The translations under genes were made by a program, and so were the position numbers. From Felis catus (lineage: Eukaryota): a DNA stretch of 64,000 nt. The DNA lies in NCBI RefSeq assembly GCF_018350175.1, contig NC_058368.1, positions 92,072,001-92,136,000 on the forward strand. Reading direction: 5' to 3'. This document shows, piece by piece, positions 12,690 to 24,600 of this stretch. Positions within the stretch are counted from its first letter, which is position 1. Each line of letters starts with the position of its first letter. Under the pieces are notes generated by a model. It searched no databases. It was not told the DNA's origin and saw only the letters and a program-made list of their open reading frames with translations.

Positions 12690-13217
12690 CTGTGTGAAAG
12701 GGTTGGAGCCATCCTCATCACCGAGGCCTCTCTTGAGATCTTCACAGGTGTCGGGAAGCAGGGCCACCACCTCCTCGGCGGAGGGGCAGGAGAACTCATA
12801 GGGGGGCGGTGGCTCGGGCAGGCAGCTCAGCATCGCCAGTGGCCCAGCCTCCTTGGGGACCCGGGAGGCCCGGTCCAGGGAGCCCCCAAGGTGGTTAATG
12901 TGGCCCAAAGAGGAACTGAAGGGGCCAGGACCAGTGCCAGGACTGCGGCCAAAGCTGCCCCCGCTGGAGGAGTCAGACAGGCTGGGCTCGGGCTCGGGGC
13001 CGCCCTCGTCCAGGCTGAGCGCATGCAACAGCTGGGCCCGGGCCTGTGCCTGGCTGGTCCGGGGCCCTGGGCTCAGGGGTGGGTGGCAGGCCAATGTGTG
13101 CAGGCTGCCATTGCTGCGCCACAGCTTCTGGCCCTTGTGGGCTGCCAGGCTCTGCATGGACAGGAAGCCTTTCCCAGCGCCCGCCACGGGCTTGAACACC
13201 GATGGGCGAATGCGGCA
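12690..13217 (-). CDS. N4BP3: N4BP3 second coding exon (176 codons, CRIRPSVFKP...PEPPPPYEF...SNPFTQ), containing the PPxY motif
   Basis: Acceptor CAG at 13220-13218, donor CAG|GTGAG after 12690, phase 0. PPPPY at 12812-12798 is a WW-domain (NEDD4) ligand motif. Confidence 0.96.
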
Positions 13218-13475
13218 CTGCCGGGAAGAAAGGGCAGCTTTGAGGCCCTGGGCTGACCTCGCCTCTGCCCTCTAACGCTCCTACAGCCCCCAGGATCCTC
13301 TCTGAGAACCTGGGGTGCGTGTCACACAGAGGCAGTGACCGGTGACCAAAGACCAAAGCCTCAGGACAGCCTACAGCAGGATTTTCATGTCCCAGCCCCA
13401 TAAGAGCATCTCCGAGGAGACCCCGAGCTCCCCATCCCTACCAACACTGGGGAAGGGAAGTGGGCAGAGATGCAC

Positions 13476-13796
13476 CTTGTCAAAGCGACCCCGCTCGGGC
13501 AGTGAAGTCTTGCTGAAGTCACCAGCTCGAGGATGCTCCCGGTAGTAGAGGGTAGTGTAGTCAGCACTCTCGTTCCGAGGGGCACGCTTGGCCGTCTTGC
13601 TGTCCTTCTTGGGGAGGTGCAGGTAGCTGAGGAGCTCACGCTGGCCCAGGCCCTTCCGGAGGAGCCCATCAGGCTGGCGGGAACCCCGGGGCCCTGCAAG
13701 CGCTGCCCGTAGCTCTTCTGGGGACAAGTCCTGCCGTTCCAACAGGCTGCCCACGCTGCCCATGGCAATGCCAGCAGGGCCCAGGGCTGTGGCCAT
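13476..13796 (-). CDS. N4BP3: N4BP3 first coding exon (codons 1-107, MATALGPAGIAMGSVGSLLERQD...ERGRFDK)
   Basis: Translation matches the N4BP3 N-terminus as I recall it. ATG at 13796-13794; donor AAG|GTGCA after 13476; upstream acceptor CAG at 13823-13821 leaves 24 nt of 5' UTR in this exon. Confidence 0.96.
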
Positions 13797-16241
13797 GAAC
13801 TTTCAGCAGGGCACAGGCAGCTGTTTTTGGGGATTGGGAGGCTCCGTCAGAGGCAGGTGGGCACTTGCTGCCCAACCTCTCCGATACTCTGAAACCAGTT
13901 GCTCTTTGCCTATGTCAGCCACCTGCCTGGCCCAGGTCCAGGAGGCAGATATGGGTCCCGGAAAGAAAACCCAGGACAGGACTCCTAGGATGGCAAGAGA
14001 AAGGGCCCCAAAGTCATCTGCCTGGTGCCCCAGCTCCAGCTATAAGGGCCGGTGTGATGGGGGGGACATAGGGGAATGGCCCCAAAGCGGCAGGATGGGG
14101 CCTCTCCCAGGACTGGGCCATCTGTGGACTCAGGCTCTGTCCAACTCTGACCCTGTTCACTCTCCTACCAGGCTCCTCACCCAATCTGGGGGGTGGGTTG
14201 GGCAGAGGGCACCGGGAACCGGGGCCAGTGGCTTATGATTCTCCATTCCTTCTTTTTCTCTGGAGAGGGGGAAAACCCAGTTGAGCCCCTCTTCCTGCAG
14301 TGGGTCAGAGTTCCCCGAGGGAAGCAGCTGGCACGGGTGGGGTTGGGGGTTTGCAGTGGGAGGGATACAAACAGGAAGGGCCCGAGGGGAGGAAGGATGG
14401 TGGTAACAATGGCCACAGTTTCCGGAACAGGTGTTCACATAGTCATAGGGGCAGTGGGGGGAGGCAGGGGGAAGGGCCAGCGGGAGCCCCCGCCAGCCCC
14501 TGCATATGCTGCCACTCCAAAGACCACCACCAGGTGCGTGGGGGGACCCAAATCTTGACCCGGGGTGGGGCCAATTACACGTAGGCCCTAGCTTCCTCAT
14601 GCAGACAATGGCCTTGGCAAGTCTTATCACTCAGAGATGCTGGGAGGATGGGCTGAGATAACACGACTAAAGAGTCTAGTTCAGGGCCTGGCCCCTAGCC
14701 AGGCAGGGTCAACACAGGCTGGTTGAAGATGAGCTCAGCTGCTCAGATGACCTCCCTGGCAGGCGGCCCAGAGACCAGGTTATGGACCCAGTTCCCATCT
14801 GGGCTGAGACCCCCCACCCCTGGCCTGGCCCTACCACCCCACTGGATCCCCCCTATCCAGCCCAGGGCCCAGCACATGGTCCATACTCAGAAAGGACCTG
14901 CTGAATGAGTGAACACCACCGTCTCTGCCTCTGGCCCCCAAGCGGCTGCTCCTATCTACATACAGACACCCAGCAGGCATGTGGTGGCTGAGCACCCCCC
15001 ACCCACCCAATATGCTTCCGGGACACCCACTCCCACCTCAAACAATGGTCGTTAGGAGGTTCCATCTTCCTCAACCATTTCCAGGTTTTGTGTTTGTGGA
15101 AGACAAAGCTCTCTGGGAGACTGAGGGGGGGCACGGCCCTGCCTCCATCTAATAACCTCTGAGGATGTCACAGGGCTCACAGGGCCAGAGGACTCATCCA
15201 CTTAAGGAATCAGAGGTGCTGGCCACCTACAGAGACACAGCCCTGCAAAGGAGTGATCTTACGGAGTCCCGTGAGATAGCTGTTGTCCAGGGCACTGGGG
15301 CTCCTGCAGGTGAAGTGGCTTGCCCAAGGTCACAGAGCTGGTCAGGCTGAGATGCCTGTGATCCCAGCAGGATGCTGTTGAATGTTTAGTGGGGGCCTAG
15401 GATGGCATCCACAGCCCAAAGAGTTAGAATTGAAGTATCCCTGGGGTGCCTGTGTGGCTCAGTCAGTTGAGCGTCCAACTTTGGCTCAGGTCATGATCTT
15501 GCGGTTTGTGAGTTCAAGCTCCACATTGAGCTCGCTGCTGTCAGCGCAGAGCTGGCTTCAGATCCTCTGTCCCTCTCTCTCTCTGCCCCTCCCCCACTTG
15601 CATCCTTTCAGAAAAAAATAAAACACAAAGTATCCTGCCTCCCAATCTGACACCTCCTTACCATGAGCACACTTCACTCTTGTCACTGCTTCTCAGGGAG
15701 GCAGACAGCAAAGAACCTGGTCTCCAGCCCTGTCCTCACACTGCCCCTCCATGGGGACCCTGGACACTATCTCATCGCCCTTTGCCATGCCTCAGTTTCC
15801 CCATCTCTGAAGTGGGGAAAGACTGCCTGCCCTGGCCTTCCCTTTGGGTTTTTGTCACAGAGACAATGGAGGTGAAAGGTCTCATGAACTATAAGCCCAG
15901 TGCAAGCATGGGGGGGGGGGTGGCAGTGGTGCTGAATATGCCCATCTCGCCCCAAACACACACCACTTCACCTTCCCCTGGGCAGATCCTTATTTCCTGT
16001 TTCAGGAAGAGACAACTAGCACCTCATGTTCTCTACAAATGGTCTCAGGGTCAAGGGGGAGAGTCCTTGAACCAGAGGCAGCCATGGGCCACTAGAGCGC
16101 ATACCCCACATACAAACTGCATCTAGTCACTGAAACCAGTAGCACGGTGGTTCCTATGTGACAGGACACAGCACAGACAGTCACATCCAACAGCAGACAC
16201 AGTCATGCACAAGGTCACCTTTGCGGCAATGAGCATCCTCT

Positions 16242-16244
<3 letters not shown>

Positions 16245-16285
<41 letters not shown>
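16245..16285. repeat. (AC)n microsatellite in N4BP3 intron 1
   Basis: Uninterrupted AC run of about 20 units. Confidence 0.95.
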
Positions 16286-16287
<2 letters not shown>

Positions 16288-18479
16288 AATGGTCTAGCAT
16301 TACTCTAGCATAAAGACCCACTCATCCTCCCAGCCCCCAGGCTAGATGCAGAGGGTATGAGGGTGTGTGTGGTAAGGGGCTTCTCTCCACGTGTGACCTG
16401 AGCAGTTAGAAAGAGCTGTGGAGCTGGATGAAGGGGGCACACACAGCCCCTTCCTTTTGTCTTTCCCTAATGCCCTCGCCCTCCACCCTTCGCCCCTCCT
16501 AGGTAACTTCTCTGGCTGTATTATCAGCTCTCCCAGAGAGGCTGAGGCCCCTGGCTTTTAGGAGGTTCTACCCTGCCCAGGTCTCAGTCTGGGACAGTCC
16601 CTTTTCCTACAGGGGTCCATCCCGCCTCCCCTCCCAACACACACACATTCCTTCCCCGTTGCTTGGAGGCCCAGGGAATGGCCTGGTCAGGCCAGGGCAG
16701 CTGTGCAGGCTGGGCTGGAGAGGATGTGTGTGTGTGGGGGGGGGGGGAATTGGAGGGAGAGAGAGACAGCAAGAGCCTTGCAGCCCCCATGGGAACATCA
16801 GAGCAAAAACCAGGGCCTCCTCCAAGTGGCTCCAAGGGCTTCCCTGCCAAGAGCTCAGTACACACCCTGGGGCTCAGAGCTCTGCACAGAGATGAAACCC
16901 CACCACCACCACCCTGGTGGCTAGGTTTGGGCTAAGCCATATTCTGCACAGGCCCCAGCTGGCCTCAACAGGACCCCTTAGTTCCTGTTCCCAACCCCTG
17001 GGCCCAAGATTAGCCAGCAGCATTGAAAGCCCTGGGCAGACAGGGGCATCTCTTTTGGATCAACCCTTGGTGGTGACAGGAACATGAGGCTCGGGAACCA
17101 TGCTGGCCATGAAACAGAGACAGGGCACGCAGGGAAAGCATCCCAGCATCCGTTAGTCAGCCCCACACGGCTTACCACAGCCTCACAACACCCATAGGTG
17201 GGGAATATTGAGATCCTCTTCAGAAGAGGAAACTGAGGCCCAGGAAGTAAAAGCACATGCCTGAGGACATTTTCAGCTGCCCTGGAGAAAGTATGCCAGC
17301 TCCTCAGGTTTAGAAGCCCATCCTGACCCCATCGTGAGTCTCCTCCAGCGTGGGACATCCCAGAGCATGTGGGCAGGAAGCTCCAGAGTCCCGCTTTGGC
17401 TGTGGCTAGCCCCTCCAGAGCCCAGGCCCCAGGGGAAGGTCCCACCACCTGCTGGGGGGGATCAGCTTTGCTGGAGGGAGTGTCTGCAGCTGCCCCTGAA
17501 GAATTGGACTGGAATGTCCCAGTTCCAAAAGAGGGGCAGTGGGTAAGGGGGCGGGGGGAGGGCGGGGGCGATGGAAGAGGCTGGCATACCCTAGTTACAC
17601 TGTGACACCTGAAGAGGTAAAGCTCGGCATCTAACCACAAAGGAGTGTGTCTGAGTATCACTAGAGAGTCACAGAGGCATACACCACTCTACAGTTTTTC
17701 TGAGCCTTTCATTTCATCATCTGCGCTCATCTCCACAACAGCCTAGTTGGGGTTAGGCAAGGAACCTGAGGCCCAGAAAGGCCTAGAAGCCAGCTGCCCA
17801 ACATCCCACAATGATGAACAATTCCAAAACCCTGGGCAAGGCCCTCTCTCCTGCTGTCCCAGCCAGAGGTCACCAGCTGCCCTTCACAGACACACACTGC
17901 TGTGTATGTGTGTCGGGCCAGCCCCCCACACCTGCCTCTCTCAAGGGCATCTGCAACCAGGTAGGTTTGGACTCCAGTCTCCTCAGCATAGAATTCTTCC
18001 GGCCGGCCCCTGGTCAAAGAGGAATAGTGGAAACACTGCCGCATGGGGACTCTGAGCCCTGGAAGCTACTGATTCTAGAGGCGGGAGCAGGCTGGCCACA
18101 TTCATTCACAGTCTTGCACATGTACACCCACACTCAGCCAGCCGGCAGAGGAGCCCTGCCCAGGAGGGCCCTGGAGGAGGCTGATCACTGGGCCCAGGGT
18201 GGCCTCCTGCCTCCACTCCCTTCTTGGCTGGGCAGGGAGAGGGCACGGAGGGTCAAGGTTGCAGTTCAGCCGGACTAAGCCGCAGGTGCAAACAAGGAGA
18301 GCCCCAATCTGTACTAGGGGACTGGGTGCGGGGTGGGAGGCAACCGGTCGCAGTACTCTTTCTCGACACAGCCAGGGACTTGACGTGGGCCTGGCCCCAG
18401 GCTGGTCCTCGCTTTGGCCAAAGGCTGTGGCCAAACTGGGCAGGTGGTCCGGCCGCCAAGAACTGGTAGCGTCCCCATA

Positions 18480-19700
18480 GGTCGGGATCCCTAGCAGCTG
18501 GCAGCTAGGGGACCGGAGCAGGAAGGGGGTGTCCCGGAGGGGACGGGAGAGGGGTCTCGTGGGGAGCAGACGATGTTGGCATCCCCACGAAATTCCCTCC
18601 CCCGGGCCCCGAAGGCTGTGACGGAGGCGTGGGCTCCGCAGAACTGCGGGAGGTTCGGCGAGCTACCTGGGGGGCCAGAGGGGACGTCTGTTGCAGCCTC
18701 CTCCCTGAGGCCTGCCCGGAGCGGCCGAGCTGGGGGGCCGAAGCCCAGGTCAGACTCCCGCGCCAAGGGCGCCTGCCCCACCCCAGGCGCGGCGCAGGGG
18801 TCCGAGAGAGCACATTTGCAGGGGTTGCGGTGAGCAGCGTAACCTGCCGCCGGCCCCTCCAGAGGAGCTTCGCGGTCGGTCCCTGGTCCCGCGCCTCCGC
18901 GCTTCAGTGTCTGGAAACGCACACCGCACCCTGCCACCCCCGCCCACTTCTCAGACGGGCACCTCGCGGGCGAAGGGCTGCGGTTTGGCCAAGGTCGCCC
19001 GGAAAGCGAGACCTCGGCGACCGGCCCCACCCCCGAGCCCAGTCCCCGGCCCCCGCCGCGTCCCACTCACCATGCTGGCGCCGCTCCGCGCCCCTAGCGC
19101 GCGACAGTTCCCTCGCGCGGATTCGAACGCTCCCTCCAAGCGTCGGCTCCAGGCGAGAATGCGAGCCGGGCCGGAGCGACCAGGCGGCAGGCGCCTGGAA
19201 AACGCGGCCAGCCGACCAGGCGGGCGGGCGCCGGAGCCGGATTGGCGAGGGAGGGACGCGCTCCGCAGCGCTCGCTCGCCTGCCCCAGAGGCGGAGGGAA
19301 AACCCGGCCTGACTCACCGGCGCGCCGCCAGCCCAGAGCCCGGCCGGGCCCCCGGATGTGGGGGGCGGGGACGGGGGGCAACCCCCGCCCACCGCGAGCC
19401 AACCTGAGCCCCGCCCGGGCTCGCCGCGCCGCCCAGCCGCCGCGCGCCGGAGCCGCCCGAGCCCCCTGCCGGCTGCGCCCCGCGCCGCGCGGATTCCCGG
19501 CGGGTCGGCAGCCCCCGCGCAGCCGACGTCCCCGGAGGGCGTCCAGCCAGCCCCCCTCCTCCTCCTCCCGGCCTCGCCCGTTCCTCTTCGTTTCCAGAAC
19601 TCGGCAGCTTCCGAAGAGGCGCGTTCAACTCCCAGATCCTCGCCGCCTCCTCTTAGGTAAGCATTGTTACCCGTTTTGAGGTTGAGCAAAAGGTACTCCG
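18480..19700. promoter_or_regulatory. N4BP3: CpG island / N4BP3 promoter
   Basis: Very GC-rich, dense CpG, GC boxes (e.g. GGGGCGGGG near 19362, CCCCGCCC near 19383 and 19409); about 5 kb upstream of the first coding exon. Confidence 0.88.
19071..19450 (-). other. N4BP3: Putative non-coding exon 1 of N4BP3 (5' end approximate)
   Basis: Inside the CpG island; strong donor ATG|GTGAGT after 19071 and a second candidate CCG|GTGAGT after 19318. The TSS cannot be fixed from sequence alone. Confidence 0.65.
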
Positions 19701-20019
19701 AGAGCTGGAGAGATTGACCCCAAGGTCTCCGGCTCGTTAGCGACTGAATTGGGCGCTTTTTTTTTCTTTTCTTTTCTTCTCTTTTCTTTTCTTTCCTTTC
19801 CTTTTTTCTTTTCTTCTCTCTCTCTCTCTCTCTCTCTCTTCTTTTTGTTTTGCCGCCAGAGTCTTACAGGGGCAGCAGATTCAGATGCCCTCAGGGGCCA
19901 GACGATGTGAGTCAAATGGGTGTAGGACAGTAGAGGAGATGGAGACAGAGACAGAGATGAACACCTAAAGGCATTCAGACTCAAAAAATTAAAGCAGGTG
20001 TCTTCCTCAAAAAGCTCAG

Positions 20020-20570
20020 CAGAGTCCTCGAATGACCCATCAATTCCACTTCAAGGTGTATACCCCAAAGAATTTGAAAATAGGGACCCAAGTATTTGTA
20101 CACCAATGGTCATAGCGGGACTCTTCACAGTAGCCAAAGGTGGACACAGTCCATTGCCCATCAACTGATGAATGGACGAACACATTGTGGTATATCAATG
20201 CCGTGGAATAATATTCAACCATAAAAAGGAATGAACTTCTGATACCTGTTACAGCATGGATGAACCTCCAAAAAATTATGCTAAGTGTAATAAACCAGGC
20301 ACAGAAAGCCCCCTGTGGTATCATTTCACTTGTATGAAGTAGGTAAATCCCTAGAGACACAAAGCAGATTGGTGCCAGAGGCTGTAGGGAGGGAGAAATG
20401 AGTGACGCTTAATGCGCATGGAGTTTCCTTTTCGGATGAGGAAATGTTTTGGAACATGAGAGGTGGTGGTTGCACAACATCGTGAGTGTACTAAATGCCA
20501 TTGAATTGGACGCTTTAAAATGGTTAATTTGACGTTGTGTGAATTTAACCACAGTTAAGAAAAGAAAGCA
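20020..20570 (+). mobile_element. Old L1 (L1M-type) 3' fragment
   Basis: ATGACCCATCAATTCCACTTC.AGGTGTATACCCCAAAGAATTTGAAA...TCAACTGATGAATGGA...GGAATAATATTCAACCATAAAAAGGAATGAA. Confidence 0.85.
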
Positions 20571-21647
20571 CGTCACCCGTGGATCAGACTTGGCTCATGC
20601 GTCACCAGTTTGCAATCCCTTGGATTCTGTGCTGTCCTTACCCGTTTACTAACAATGGGGGTGCCAAATATAAGAGGATTCATCTCTAAGAAAACGCAGC
20701 ACTGCTACTTTGGATATTAGCTCTTGAGGAGCCCCCAGTCTGGGAGGGTTACTCACTGGGACAGATAAAAATTTAGCACAAGGACACACTTTACCGTTTT
20801 GGGGACCTGTGGAAAGGCCTCACTGGGGAAATCGCTTTTGAGGTGGTACTTGAACGGTGGGAGGCATTTCCAGGGAGGAGCATGCTCACCATTGTCAAGA
20901 GCCTATAGAGGCGCCCGGGTGGCTCAGTAGGTTAAACGTCCAACTTCGGATTAGTTCATAATCTCATGGTTTGTGAGTTCGAGCCTGGCATTGCACTCTC
21001 TGCTGTCAGCACGGAGCCTGCTTTGGATCCTCTGTCTCCCCTCTCTCTGCCCCTCTTCCGCTCGTGTGCTCTCTCTCTTAATCTCAAAAGTAAATTAATT
21101 AAAAAAAAAACACAGCACCTTATCCAAGATCTTCTGACCACTCCCCCACCCCAAGTCCAATGTTCTTTCTCTGTACCAGGCTGCCAGAGGGAGGTGGGAG
21201 AGGAAGGGTGTTCAGTATTTTGGAACATCCCAACAGGAGGGAAAGAAATCAGAAAATACCCTGGAGCCTAGAGATGTTAAACACAGGGAGGAGAGGGGAG
21301 GGGAGAAGGGCAGGAGGGTCCTGGCTGAATGGAATCCTGGGAAAGTGGCTGCACAATGGAGGGGAGCAGAGCAGAGGCTGGGGGTACCTTGGTCGCTGCA
21401 TAGGGAGCTGGAACCACTTCACTGAACTGGACTGGGTGCAGAATGCAGGGGGGCTGGAGCAGGGGCAGAGAGCAGCCTGGCTCTATCCCTCTAACAGAAC
21501 TCTCGTTAGAGAAACAAAATTGAGGCGCCTGGGTGGCTGAGTCGGTTAAGGGTCTGACTCTAAATTTCAGCTCAGGTCATGATCTCATGATTCATGAGTT
21601 CGAGCCCTGCATTGGGCTCTGCACTGGCAGTGTGTAGCCTGCTTGGG

Positions 21648-21693
<46 letters not shown>

Positions 21694-24600
21694 CCCGCTT
21701 CCCCAGCTCGCTCTCTCTCTCAAAGTAAATAAAAAAATAAGCTAAGAAAAAGAAAGAAACAAAATTGACCATGCCCCCTCCAGCCTGGCTATCTGTCTCC
21801 CACTTCCTGCATAGGTCTAGACTCCAGGCTGGTAAGGACATCACCACCACCACCCCCATCCCTCCTGCCAATCTGGGTAGCTGGCCTAGCAGGTGCTCCT
21901 TCCTGCCTGGTTTCTCTGAGCCCTTGAGTTTGTCCTGATCCCTTGGATGGGGAGTGCAGGGCAGAGGGGACCCACTGCCCCAAGGGAGAGGCAGCTTTGG
22001 TCCCAATCCAGAAAGTTCCTCCTTGTCCACCCCCATATGCCCTGTGCCCTCTACCCTCATGCCTTCCTGTGCACATTCACAAGCATGAACCTTAGGGCAT
22101 AAACCGTAGAGCATTACATTGAACCCTGGAGTACCTTCATCCCAGCCTCCTCTGATGGAAAAACTCCCCCAGAACGCATATCAGAGCTAGTTCCTGGCAG
22201 AGCTGGGCCTGGAAGCTGGATGTCTTGCCTCCTAGACATGGGGCTTACTGTGTTCAGCCACAGTGATGCCAAGGGGTGCGGCACTTTGGGCACCAGGCCA
22301 GGGGAAGGGAAGCAAGCTCCCTGGCTGCACCCACTTCCTGAATCGGCTGACCTGGGACCATTTAATTTCTCTCTTTGCACCTCAGTTTTCTCACCTTGAA
22401 AAGGAGATCATGTGAAGTAACGTGAAGCACTCGACACAGTTCCTGGCAGATGGTGGCCATCTGTAAATGTTAGTTTATCTGTCTCCACTTCTCCTGATGC
22501 GGAAAGGAGGCAAGTTTGTCAGAAGGACAAAGTGCTTCATGGGGCCTGTCTTCAAGTGGCCGGGGACGCCACGTGGTGTCCCCACCCAGTATGCACTCTC
22601 GATGTCTCTGATCCATCTCCCTGGGCTAGAGAGTAGGTGCATCCTTGCTGCCTGAGAGTGGCCAGGACTTCAAAATCCCAGGGCCTAGGGGCGCCCGGGT
22701 GGCTCAGTAGATAAGCATCCGACTCTTGGTTTCTGCTCAGGTCATGATCTCGTGGCTTCGTGGATTTGAACCCTGCATCCAGCTCTGTGCTAGGAGCGCA
22801 GAGGCTGCTTGGGGTTCTCTCTGCCCCCTCTCTGTCTGCCCGTCCCCCATTCGCACTGTCTCTGTCTCTCTCAAAATAAATTTAAAAACTTAAAAAAAAT
22901 TTTTTTTTAAATCCCAGAGCCTACCCATGGTGACTAGGGACTGTCCCCTTCTCTCTGCCTGCCACCTCTGGCCTCGTCACCTTTCTCCTTGACTATTGCA
23001 GCAGTTATGTCCATGCTCAGGCTCCCAGCTGTCGCCCACTCTGCCCCAGAGGGTGCATTCCAGTCCACACAGTCTGTCCCCAACCTCGTGTTCTTGAAAG
23101 GTGGCATCCCAGCTTTAGGACTAGTCCCATGCCCCCCTTGGGCCTGGCCTCTGCCCCTGTCTTGTGCACCTCTGCACTGGGGACTGCCTCAGTGTCCTCA
23201 TCTGTTAGGGCTGGTCCTTGGGAGCACCCATTAATGGCACCTGCTGTGTCCCTCGCCCCACGTCCAAGACAAGGTTACTGCCCCCATCTTCCATCCCTGC
23301 GGCAGTACAGCATTTGTGGATCTTCTGTCTGTCACCTTCTGGAGACAGTAAGCCCTGAACGCACAGCGACTGGTCTCCGGTCTATGAATAGACCCCCAGG
23401 ACCTCCTCCAGGGCCTGACAGTTGGCCGTGTTCAGCTCCAACACACCATCTGCCAAAAAGCCACTGTATGGCTTCTTTCTCACCAGGAGAAGGAGGAAGA
23501 GAGGCAGGCTTGGCGCTAATCCCCAGTCTGTAACTTCCTGGTCCCCTCTGAGCCTCAGTTTCCTCGTGTGAACACGCAGAGCTGCCTGGAGGATGAAATG
23601 GCACCACTGTGAAGGAAGGGCTTGACAGCTGTGTGTCCCCCACCTGCCCTTCACTCCTTGCCTTCTCTCATCCTCTCTGGTCCCCTTGGAGCAGAGCCAG
23701 GCCCTGGCCCGAGGGAGGAGGGAAGAGAGCGGGGCGTTTCTGGAGAGGTAGCCTGCAGATTTCATACCTCGCAGAGAGCAGGCTGGCTGGTAGGGGCCCA
23801 TTCCAGCTGCTGCCAGCCCTTCCGGGAGATCTGTGTCATGGCTGGGCATCATGGCTGGCGGGATTGAGGCAGTAGGGCCCTGACACTGCACCCCGGGGAG
23901 AGTGCCCCACACCCTGGGGTGAAAGTGGATTCCCGGGCCCAGGACTGCCCTTCCCTGAGTCACCCGTGCCAGGGAGGAGCCTCGGTTCATCCCTCCTGGC
24001 CACCCCCCCCTCCCCAATGACTGGGACAGCTCCAGCCTGCAGGGTAGGGTGGAAACTGACAGCTGCCAGGACTTGCTCAGGGGCCTACCCTGGGGCAGAG
24101 AGCTCAGACCTGCAGGAGCCAGCCAGGACGGCAGTGCCAACACCGCTGGAAGTCCAGGCGACCCAACTGGCCCACCGGCTGGTCACCGGCCAGCTGGCCT
24201 GGCCCCACATCTGCCACCCAGATGGTTAACAGGGCACTTTGCTCTGGAATTTGGGAGACCTGGCCTCCAGTCCCTCTGTCCAAGGGATTTATGGGTGGGA
24301 AAGGGGGTGGGGGGGAAATTGCAAGAAGTCTGGGGAAGTCACTGCAAAACCGTGCATTGACCAGATGAAGAGATTCTAGAAATCGGTCGCACAACCGTGT
24401 GAATGTGCTTTAACACCACTGAACTGCATGCTTGCAAATGGTTAAGACAGTAAATTACACGTTAGATGTATTTTACCACAATTTACAAAATTCATGAAGG
24501 AAGAAAAAAAGTCAGGTCACTATGCTGTACACCTGAAACTGATACAACATTGTGTGTCAGCTACACTCAAAAAGCACAAGAAAGGGGCTCCTGGGTGGCT

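Noticed and set aside
11105..13275. Long plus-strand ORFs (250, 281 and 208 aa) overlapping N4BP3 exons
   Set aside because: Antisense shadows of GC-rich coding sequence; low-complexity translations with no recognisable domain.
18491..19689. ORFs of up to 261 aa in the N4BP3 CpG island
   Set aside because: Same GC-content artefact; open on both strands with no recognisable homology.
23382..24143. 253-aa minus-strand ORF upstream of N4BP3
   Set aside because: No recognisable domain, GC-rich context, non-ATG start and overlap with MIR-like sequence.
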